Assembly: GCF_001194135.2 (NCBI RefSeq)
Contig: NC_068989.1
Location: forward strand, 77,130,814-77,172,873
Reading direction: 5' to 3'
Source: Octopus bimaculoides
Taxonomy: Eukaryota
Length of the DNA stretch: 42,060 nt
Below the pieces are notes generated by a model. It did not search any database, was not told the origin of the DNA, and saw nothing but the letters and a program-made list of their open reading frames with translations. Of the stretch, positions 24,372 through 34,600 are shown piece by piece; within the stretch, counting starts at the first letter, position 1, and every line of letters begins with the position of its first letter. The position numbers and the translations under genes were made by a program.

Positions 24372-24416
24372 CGTACGGACCCGAGTTTCGGGGTTATTTC
24401 CCTTCTTCAGCGTACG
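24372..24416 (-). ncRNA. Minimal type I hammerhead ribozyme (second copy, stem II variant)
   Basis: Reverse complement reads CGUACG-CUGAAGA-AGGG-AAAUAA-CCCC-GAAA-CUCGG-GUC-CGUACG, identical to 25283-25327 except C for U at the stem II base. Confidence 0.8.
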
Positions 24417-25282
24417 ATAATCGCCGACCTTTGATGAGAATGACAATCCCTTGGCAATATATAAGTCTTTTTCCAGACAGGACACAGATATGTGTCGATA
24501 AGCCAGCTGGAGGAGATGTTCTCCTGGGGCTAAAGGCAACAGTAACATCCACCCTTAGGGGTCAGCCACATTTAAATGGCAAATATACTTCACTTTATCG
24601 TGCAGTTACTGTTAACACCTCGTTCAGAGATTTAACATTGCTTAATANNNNNNNNNNNNNNNNNNNNNNNNNNNNNNNNNNNNNNNNNNNNNNNNNNNNN
24701 NNNNNNNNNNNNNNNNNNNNNNNNNNNNNNNNNNNNNNNNNNNNNNNNNNNNNNNNNNNNNNNNNNNNNNNNNNNNNNNNNNNNNNNNNNNNNNNNNNNN
24801 NNNNNNNNNNNNNNNNNNNNNNNNNNNNNNNNNNNNNNNNNNNNNNNNNNNNNNNNNNNNNNNNNNNNNNNNNNNNNNNNNNNNNNNNNNNNNNNNNNNN
24901 NNNNNNNNNNNNNNNNNNNNNNNNNNNNNNNNNNNNNNNNNNNNNNNNNNNNNNNNNNNNNNNNNNNNNNNNNNNNNNNNNNNNNNNNNNNNNNNNNNNN
25001 NNNNNNNNNNNNNNNNNNNNNNNNNNNNNNNNNNNNNNNNNNNNNNNNNNNNNNNNNNNNNNNNNNNNNNNNNNNNNNNNNNNNNNNNNNNNNNNNNNNN
25101 NNNNNNNNNNNNNNNNNNNNNNNNNNNNNNNNNNNNNNNNNNNNNNNNNNNNNNNNNNNNNNNNNNNNNNNNNNNNNNNNNNNNNNNNNNTTTCACTTTT
25201 TCGACATCAGTGAATAACTTCACTGGAAAAAGACTTATATATTGCCAAGGGATTGTCATTCTCATCAAAGGTCGGCGATTAT

Positions 25283-25327
25283 CGTACGCTGAAGAAGGGA
25301 AATAACCCTGAAACTCGGGTCCGTACG
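25283..25327 (+). ncRNA. Minimal type I hammerhead ribozyme
   Basis: Stem I CGUACG (25283-25288) pairs with CGUACG (25322-25327). Core CUGAAGA is 25289-25295. Stem II is AGGG-AAAUAA-CCCU (25296-25309), then GAAA (25310-25313), short stem III AC-UCGG-GU, and GUC triplet (25319-25321) with predicted cleavage after 25321. All core nucleotides are in consensus order and spacing. Confidence 0.85.
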
Positions 25328-26077
25328 TATCGCAGATCAAGATGGGAAGGATAACTTCCCTTGGCAAAAATAGACAGGACACAGATATGTGTCGATAAGC
25401 CAGCTGGAGGAGATGTTCTCCTGGGGCTAAAGGCAACAGTAACATCCACCCTTAGGGGTCAGCCACATTTAAATGGCAAATATACTTCACTTTATCGTGC
25501 AGTTACTGTTAACACCTCGTTCAGAGATTTAACATTGCTTAATAATTATAATGATATATTTACATACTATCATTCTGTATATGTATATATGCGTATAGAA
25601 ATATGTCTTCATCTTTTATCTTTTACATTTTCTACGCATTGAACTGGCGGGGCACACTTATATTTATTCAGCTTGGTACCTATACTATTGAAACGTTTAA
25701 GGAAGCGCTGAGTTACGGGTACCTGATCACACCAACTCCGTTGCTCGATACGCACACGCACATAGATATATATTTAGAATATATTATATATTCGTATGTA
25801 AAAATAGTAATAATGATAATATCATCAGCAACGTTATAATAAAGATCTGGAAATAGAGTTAAATCGAATATGTAGCCTAAAAAACAAATATATTTCCTAT
25901 TTAGAGTAGGCACATTAGGTAGGATAAAAAAAAATCAGAAAAGCACCGCACACATCCTTCGTAAAACGCTTTTAATACAGTAGAAATACAAGAGCACCGC
26001 AACCAACCACGGCGCATATCCAAGGCGCACAGAGCTGCGCTCGGTAGTACGGTGTAAGAACGTGATATGAATAAGAC

Positions 26078-26126
<49 letters not shown>

Positions 26127-26145
26127 CAACAACAACAACAACGAC

Positions 26146-26182
<37 letters not shown>

Positions 26183-26200
26183 GTAATAATAATGATAATA
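26078..26200. repeat. (TAA)n with (CAA)n core
   Basis: Read directly; abuts the RLE fragment. Confidence 0.95.
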
Positions 26201-26443
26201 TGTCGGCATTATAAAATCAAAACTGCTGACAAATGGTATAAACACAATCCTGAAGCTGTGACTGAGGGAGAAAATGTATCGATTCTCTGGGACTTCCCCG
26301 TACATACCGACAAGGTTATAAAAGCTAATAAACCGGATATTATTATAAAAGATCAGACAAAGAAGATGTGTTTATTAATTGACATGAGTATTCCCTGCGA
26401 TCATAATATAGCGGCGAAAGAATTTGACAAGATCATTAAATAT
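26201..26443 (+). pseudogene. Restriction-like endonuclease (RLE) domain fragment of an R4/Dong-type non-LTR retrotransposon
   Basis: Open frame CRHYKIKTADKWYKHNPEAVTEGENVSILWDFPVHTDKVIKANKPDIIIKDQTKKMCLLIDMSIPCDHNIAAKEFDKIIKY has the WYxHxP, ILWDF, NxPD, LIDxxxP and KExxKxxKY motifs of the PD-(D/E)xK RLE. Truncated at both ends. Confidence 0.85.
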
Positions 26444-26739
26444 ACAAACTCTCGTATATTGTATGTATGTATGTATGNNNNNNNNNNNNNNNNNNNNNNN
26501 NNNNNNNNNNNNNNNNNNNNNNAGTTTCGGGGATAATGATTCACTTGTTTCTTGTTTTGAGACAACTCTCCTTTCAATTGATCTGAACAGAGACCGAAAT
26601 GGCGAAGAAAAAGTATAGAAGGATAAGTGAAGTAGAAAATTAAGATGAAAAGTGAAAGAAGAAAAGGTGGAGGACGAGGAAGAGGAGAGGAAAATAGTGG
26701 AAGAGCAGTACGAAGATGTGAAAGACGAAAGTAGTTGTT

Positions 26740-26772
<33 letters not shown>

Positions 26773-27468
26773 TAAGAACATCAACAGCAACAAAAAGAAG
26801 AATTGTGGAAGTAAAGATAGTAGCTAACATTATTCAGTAAATAAAGATAGCAACGCACCATCTTCCCATGATTAGAATATATAAGAATATAAGAACACAC
26901 GCGTTCACTATTTTCTTGACGATTTGTAGTTTATTTTTCTTTTTAATGGTTTCATTATTTATTCATGTTTACTCTTATTTAACGTCGATGCAAACTTACA
27001 TGACCTGCAAGAGAAATTCGGAAAGGATTTCTGTCATCCAGTTTAATCAATTGATTGCGAAGACAAATCCAGCAAATGAAACAATAACACGGAAATAAGT
27101 AATAACAACGAGGTCAGCAACAACAACAAACGGTTAGAACGGTGGAGCAAGGCCTGCAAAAGCTGCAATAGCGAACACACGAATGTAAAGGAAAACACGC
27201 TGAATGTAGTAGTTCAAACAAAACGTTATAAAAATTTTAAGAAAAATCCTCGTTACGCATATACATTTTTTTTCTTTTGAAACGTAAATGAAGAGTTTAC
27301 TGCTTCCGTCAGTCGGTGAAAGATTGAACCGCCACTTAACTAATAGGGTTTAACGTAGACAATAGTGGTTTGCATATAAAAATATATATATATGCGTGTA
27401 TATGTATGCATCTATGCACACACACACACCCACACACGCACACGCACACACACACACACATACACACA

Positions 27469-27523
<55 letters not shown>

Positions 27524-28372
27524 NNNNNNNNNNNNNNNNNNNNNNNNNNNNNNNNNNNNNNNNNNNNNNNNNNNNNNNNNNNNNNNNNNNNNNNNNNNNN
27601 NNNNNNNNNNNNNNNNNNNNNNNNNNNNNNNNNNNNNNNNNNNNNNNNNNNNNNNNNNNNNNNNNNNNNNNNNNNNNNNNNNNNNNNNNNNNNNNNNNNN
27701 NNNNNNNNNNNNNNNNNNNNNNNNNNNNNNNNNNNNNNNNNNNNNNNNNNNNNNNNNNNNNNNNNNNNNNNNNNNNNNNNNNNNNNNNNNNNNNNNNNNN
27801 NNNNNNNNNNNNNNNNNNNNNNNNNNNNNNNNNNNNNNNNNNNNNNNNNNNNNNNNNNNNNNNNNNNNNNNNNNNNNNNNNNNNNNNNNNNNNNNNNNNN
27901 NNNNNNNNNNNNNNNNNNNNNNNNNNNNNNNNNNNNNNNNNNNNNNNNNNNNNNNNNNNNNNNNNNNNNNNNNNNNNNNNNNNNNNNNNNNNNNNNNNNN
28001 NNNNNNNNNNNNNNNNNNNNNNNNNNNNNNNNNNNNNNNNNNNNNNNNNNNNNNNNNNNNNNNNNNNNNNNNNNNNNNNNNNNNNNNNNNNNNNNNNNNN
28101 NNNNNNNNNNNNNNNNNNNNNNNNNNNNNNNNNNNNNNNNNNNNNNNNNNNNNNNNNNNNNNNNNNNNNNNNNNNNNNNNNNNNNNNNNNNNNNNNNNNN
28201 NNNNNNNNNNNNNNNNNNNNNNNNNNNNNNNNNNNNNNNNNNNNNNNNNNNNNNNNNNNNNNNNNNNNNNNNNNNNNNNNNNNNNNNNNNNNNNNNNNNN
28301 NNNNNNNNNNNNNNNNNNNNNNNNNNNNNNNNNNNNNNNNNNNNNNNNNNNNNNNNNNNNNNNNNNNNNNNN

Positions 28373-28404
<32 letters not shown>

Positions 28405-29539
28405 TATACGTTGACGAACACAAACATACATTTACATTCACACTCACGCATACACAGTGGTGTAAAACATGTGACGTGAGCGAAAAATCAGTTCTCAATA
28501 CACCATGTTAATTACAACTTGCGTTGAGCACTCCTGTTTTGACAGAGTTTTTTAAATTCATATATACGTATGCGTGTGCATACGCGTGTACGTCTGGGTG
28601 TGCGTGTCTGTTTTTGTGTGTGTGTATGTGTTGTAAAGGTTCACGTGGAAAAAAATTACATTAGATTTGCCAATGACCTCTGTCTGAGAAAGTAAATAGA
28701 ACGTCACACTTCATAATATTTTGATTAGAATTATGAGAAACCTTTAAAATTCTATTTGTCACACGTGTTACACCCTCAGCAGCAGTTGATCTTTGAATTA
28801 TTATAGCACTGATGTCCCTTACAATTGTTATTCGAAGGTTCACGTCACAACGAGTATCTCTTTTAACTGCAAGACGATTCATCTTTTGGATTTAAATTGC
28901 ATGAAGCATGGAAATTCCCTTTCATGAATGTGAATTGATTCAAATGTTAGAAGAAATCTTAATGCCTTGCTTAAAGAGTTTTGCAACTGACATGCATGCA
29001 AATTCACTTTGAGTTTCAAAAAGAAAAAAGAAAAGGTTTTCCTGCATCTTCTCATGAACGGTTTTTATATTTCAAGTTAAAAGTTTTCACTATGAAAATG
29101 AATACCACTATTGTCACTGTCATGTCAACCTTTGAGAAATAACCTTGAAATTATACGCTTTTTTTTTTATAAAATGGCTGATAATTTAAATTCAATATTC
29201 CATTAGCATGGAAATTTATTGAGCAACATTTTAATCGCCAACACCCACAAAGCTTAGTTCTAGGATTTTAAAGAAGATTGATTAAACTGAAATGAGAATA
29301 ATTTTGTAATTTTCGTTGTAAACGATCACTTCTTCAAAACTCCGAATATATTTGCTGTGACGAAACACGAAATTTAACTAAAATATTTAGTACCCGTTCT
29401 TAACATTCTCATGGATAAATGACATGTAAATTTCGGTGTTATTTTCAATGTTGGGTTACAAGCAATCCTACATAAATTTCTGCGTTAGAGCTTTCCCATT
29501 ATATGTAGCTCATTGATGTTGGTGAGCTATGTTCCATCA

Positions 29540-30000
29540 CATGTTTTGCTGACTAGATTTCAGTGTTGTTGCAGAGCACGGTTTTTTTTTGTATTTTCCA
29601 AATCAGTTCAAAGAATTCTGTACTTGCTGCATGGCTGTTGAAAGAATTTTGAAGCAGCTTTCTTTGTTGGCGGACTAGCTACGTATCTTTGCATGTTGGT
29701 GTAAGTTTCATTTAGTTGATGATCCTGTTGTTTATGTTCGTCTATTTTGTTACCCTCAGATTATAGTCTGTTCTCCGACATTTTACCTTTTCGATGCTCA
29801 AATTGGGTTGGCACGCGTAATCTAACTGGGGATTGTTACTTTCAACCTTAGGAACATTTCACGACTATTAAGAATGTACCCTGATCATGATTGTTGAACA
29901 AATGCTATCATTTGCATCGGGCTTACTAAGAATCCTTCAGTTTCCTTGAGAACTTTTGAACATCAGATCTTTATAATTGCTGATCCAGTTCTGATTGTTT
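29540..30000 (-). pseudogene. Older, heavily decayed R4/Dong-type ORF C-terminus
   Basis: Minus-strand motifs in expected order across frameshifts: ELDQQ, VLKETEGF (ETEGF at 29930-29944), KVTI..TRANPI, DYNLRV and KIQKKTVL (within 29571-29600; cf. IQKxVL). Confidence 0.5.
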
Positions 30001-30647
30001 TCCCAAAAAACCTATTTTGATTTCTTATTTATTCATCCGTCTTTTTGTGCGACTGCCTTGGATATGAAGACGATTCAGTAATATATTATATTGCCGGGGT
30101 AATATTTCTTACTCTAATTACACGTATCGACATCCGGAATAATGAGACAGAATACCGTGACATCGTAATATGTATGTGATACACAAACAATAGGAAGTGA
30201 TGTAAAGTAAATGTGAAAGGGACCGATGGAAAGGAAACCTCTGTAACTCAATCGTACGAACTATACCTCTAGAGTCCTCTACTGAAGTAATTTGCGTTAC
30301 AATTAAAATTTAAACACACGTGAGCAGTAGATGTGTCTATAGACACTTATGTTGTCGATAGGCAAAATATTAATTCCTCTAAAACGAAGCACTTTGAAGA
30401 GTTTTCTCTTGATTAGTTAAGAATTAATTAGAGGCAGTTCTTCACAGAGACAAAGGTATATATGAAGATATCTATAAGACAAAACCACGCAGATGAAAGA
30501 TAATCTCATGATAACGTAGTGTATAAGAGAGTCCAGATGTGGACGTATACGTGCATATGTGCGTGTGTGAATTTGTTTATCTCTGCATCTGTCTTTTTCT
30601 CTATCGATATATACATCTATACACACATATGTTTATATACATATAAT

Positions 30648-30687
<40 letters not shown>

Positions 30688-32220
30688 TATATATGTATAT
30701 AATATGTTATATATAATATAATATATATATAACTCCGAAATACAGAGATGAAACTCCAACAGAGTGAAGCCGATTGCGTTGTGTGAATGGCCTTGTATGA
30801 ATTTAGTTGTGTAGATATTTTAAAAATATTTGTATATTTATACGAACTGGCGTGTAATTTTACATCACGATGTGTTTTGCGAATGGAGTTCACGATAAAA
30901 AGGATTGTGTGCATGACGTAGTTACTCAGAATTTTTGCTGGGAAATATTACATATTGATAATCATTATATAATGAGACAATCAGGAGAATTTATCACTGT
31001 GCTGAGTATTATTTATTACAATTATTGGCAATGCTACAACTGTTAAAATACTATCTGTATCTTCAGAAATATTTTGGCGAATAAAAAGAAAAGCGCTTGA
31101 AATAGTAAATGACTGAAACCTCCGGACGGCTGCTGTTCACATCAAATCCGCATATAATTCCTATAACTCTAACAGAAGGTCTTTGAAGTGATCACGGCCT
31201 AACAACACATGAGGCGAGTTAAATCTAACAAATCGCTTCCACCTCGAGGCTTCTGGGATGCGAACGTCTACTTTCAATCATTTTGGTAGAAAGATTTTAG
31301 ACTGGTTTCGCTCACATTTTAAACACACGAAAATATATAAATAAATTCTCAGACAAAATTTAATACGTTCTAGAAATGTATTTCTACTGCGTGCATACAG
31401 TTACTTAACAGCATTTTGCCTGCATTTCTTTCGAAAATATTTGACACGTATATTCACCAGGACATTTTGGAAATCTATTACTTTTGTCTTCTGCTAGTTA
31501 TACAAACTAATCACATGTGACAACTACGCATCATTTGTAGTTAGGATACATATTCCTACTTATACAGCAAAATACTTTCCATTATTGCAGCCTTTACTAA
31601 TCGATTGGAATAAATCTACACATATTGCAACAAACAATGTGAACATCTTATACACCTGAAAAATCTTTCTTTATTAAATATTTAAAAGTACGGTTTGGCA
31701 GATCTTAGACCTGAGGCCGGGTTTACCAATGAATATAATATTAGAATGTGGATATCAACGAATTCACCTAAATACTTACTTTCTTATCTACCTATCTACC
31801 TATCTACCTTCCCACATATCTATAAAACAAAATACCTACAAAATAGTGATCCTAAATTCCATTCAAATGTGTGATACACTGGGTAGAGAATCGTCTACCA
31901 TAGAGTCGGATTTGATTGGTAGAACAACGAGGAGAACCTTCATAAGAGGCAAAATAGAATGCTATATTTCCACTTACTGATTACAAGATCAATGAAATAT
32001 AAGTAGGCAAAATCTAAGATTTCATACAATCGACAAAAACCACTCAAAGTTGTTGCAAAAGTAAGGCATTCTTAAAAGTATAAGTCACTAAATGAATATG
32101 TATATTGTATTGATAGTGTATATATATAAATAAAAATATATATAAATACGTACGCACACACACTCACACACGCATACGGTAGATAGATAGATAGCTATCA
32201 CTCTATCTATTTATTCATCC

Positions 32221-32344
<124 letters not shown>

Positions 32345-33488
32345 CACGTCTGTACATTTATATTCATGAAATTGTTTTCAGTATTTCAATTTAGACTTTA
32401 TATTTTTTAGTACAGGTAATGCTATGGCTTAGCAGAGTATTCCTCCGATTAAAAGCATTGCATTGTTTGTGTATTCCGACCAACAAACTTTAATACAAGC
32501 CTCAGAGTTCAAAAAAGATGAATCAATATTTAATGTAGTATTTCTTAATTCCAAGTTTCTAATCATACCAATGTCGATGTTAATGTATGCCTTTGCAAGC
32601 TAATACAAGAATAGAAATGGTGTTTTCCTCAATGATTTATACAACTTTGAAATTACAATTTATATGCTAATATTGCCAAATCGAATAACATAAATGTGTT
32701 TGTAATGTGTAATTACGAAATCATTTTTTATTAGAGAGGTTACTGCAATTAATATAAACTATCATTACAATCACTTTCGTCTAGATTGAATTGACATGTT
32801 TTATTACATCCAACAAATCGTTAAAAAGAAAAAAAAATAAGATAAATTTTCCAAATAAAATCAAAAATTTGCTTAGCTTCTTCAGATAAAGACATCCTTC
32901 ATCACTTTGAAAATTAATATTATTGGTAATAATTTTATAGCTATTCTGAGAGAAATGTTTCCACTACAAAGACTGGAAGTATTAATATAATGTTATGCTG
33001 CTAGGAAAATAAAAACAAATGGAAACAATCAAGAAATTGGCGATCTGAATACTCAGCAGGAAAATAAAACAGAAAACAAGCGCAAATATGATTATTTTGT
33101 GACTTTCAAATCTGATAACGCTGTCAATATTAGTTTTACACAAAATTTATATTCGTTGTTGAAAAGAAGACACTAATATAAAACATATGTTTAAGTAATG
33201 GTTTCTGATGTAGGCACATAACTATTGTTTCCTAGGGGTGTTTTAGACACGCGATTATTTATTTATAAACATCGGGGAAATATTAAACTTAAAACTTCAC
33301 TGCATAATTGTAGCCAGCATGAATCAAAATTCAGCTACTATTATTGTTATTTGCGTGTGTTTGACTATCAGTATTAGTTCTATTAGACAAACAAACACAC
33401 ACATGCACACACACACACACACACGCACACACACACACACCCACACCCACAGACACACACACACACACACACACATATATGTATATAC

Positions 33489-33645
33489 TACAGGCTTCTT
33501 TCAGTTTCCGTCTATCAAATCGACTCACAATTTTTCGACCGATTCCAGGATATAGTAGAAGAGACTTGCCCAAGGTACTACACTGAGACTGAACTCGGAA
33601 CCATGTCTTTGAGAAGCAAGCTTCTTACCACACAGACACTCATAT
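33489..33645 (-). mobile_element. SINE family A 5' half
   Basis: Reverse complement GAGTGTCTGTGTGGTAAGAAGCTTGCTTCTC..ATGGTTCCGAGTTCAGTCTCAGTG..ACCTTGGGCAAGTCTCTTCTACTATA...GACGGAAACTGAAAGAAGCC runs into (TA)n(TG)n. Confidence 0.8.
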
Positions 33646-33989
33646 ATCTATATCCATATATCTNNNNNNNNNNNNNNNNNNNNNNNNNNNNNNNNNNNNN
33701 NNNNNNNNNNNNNNNNNNNNNNNNNNNNNNNNNNNNNNATATATATATATATATATATACACACAAATTCAAATGCTATCTGTGTTTCCTAAAACCCTTA
33801 ACCTTAAGAGCTTATGCGACTTCCAGTAGCATGGAATACCTCAGGTTAGAAAAAAATATATAGTTCGACTGAAATATATACAGAGTATTTGGTTAATTTT
33901 GACGATATTTATGACTCATTTTCTTAGGAATTTGATGTATTGCCTAACAGTCATCGGCGTTGAAGAGTATATAGATTAAGGTTGTAGTT

Positions 33990-34600
33990 GAGAAAACGTT
34001 ATCTGGAAGCCACCTGAATATTGAACAACAATTACCTGTATGATGATGATTCACGCAGCGCATCAAAATGCCGACTTCTGTAAGTCGTGACATGGATAGT
34101 TACAACGCAGGCCACATAGTCGCGGCCAGTCGGAAAGCACACAGCAAACATTCTGACTACATCTGCACGTGGGGGTTTATCTGCACATATTTAATTAGGG
34201 CATTAAGCTCAATTCAGATGGCTAGGTAAAGCTGCTGGAGAGGGTTGCTGTTGGAAGGCAATATGTTTGGCAATAGGATTCAGGTATTTGGAAGCCTTCA
34301 GGAAAGAGTTGAAATGGCTGGCGGTGAATTGTTACGACCAATTTCTAGCCTCGTAATTCCCCCGACAATAATACCATTAATTTCTATGTGAGGGCCGCGG
34401 TTGAGAAAGACATCATCTCCTCAGCATGGAACACCAATGCTGTGCTGGCGGCCAAAATCAAGAGGTGTTCCAAGATCTTCTAAGGGTGACAGTGTGGAAT
34501 GTATGCATCCAGTACCAGAGTCGTCTTGAAGCAGTGGTGGAAGCTGAGGGTACTTTGAGGAGAATATTATCTATCTTGCCAAAATTTTTTTGATATCATT
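33990..34600 (+). pseudogene. Tc1/mariner transposase relic, probably DD37D (maT-like), internally deleted
   Basis: From 34199: GIKLNSDG*VKLLERVAVGRQYVWQ*DS...KWLAVNCYD..NF*PRNSPDNNTINFYVRAAVEKD...AKIK/EVFQDL...SRLEAVVEAEG. This matches QQDSAP...WPPNSPDxNPxD...RLEAVVEAxGG, with stops and frameshifts. The 5' boundary is approximate. Confidence 0.8.

Larger units (their letters stand above)
24125..25540. mobile_element. Hammerhead-bearing non-autonomous retroelement (retrozyme / Penelope-like pLTR type): inverted monomer plus forward partial tandem
   Basis: 24125-24476 is a complete 352-nt monomer on the minus strand. 24475-24643 is a forward 169-nt partial copy. After the gap, 25191-25540 is a forward, circularly permuted copy. 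The direct repeat AATAATTATAATGA flanks it at 24114-24127 and 25541-25554. No recognisable protein homology in the overlapping ORFs. Confidence 0.8.

Noticed and set aside
25415-25530. Possible internal Pol III promoter in the retrozyme monomer
   Set aside because: A-box-like and B-box-like matches are too degenerate to support.
24102-25642. ORFs MAKIDRTQICVDK... and MLLLPLAPGEHLL... repeated on both strands
   Set aside because: They are by-products of the inverted repeat. Both strands are open over short spans and there are no recognisable domains. The RNA structure explains the sequence better.
26624-26840. Glu/Ser-rich 62-aa ORF
   Set aside because: Purine-rich low complexity plus (AGT)n; no evidence of coding.
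28620-29300. Possible DNA-transposon remnant with a 73-aa minus-strand ORF
   Set aside because: It looks repeat-like, but I could not identify TIRs or transposase motifs.
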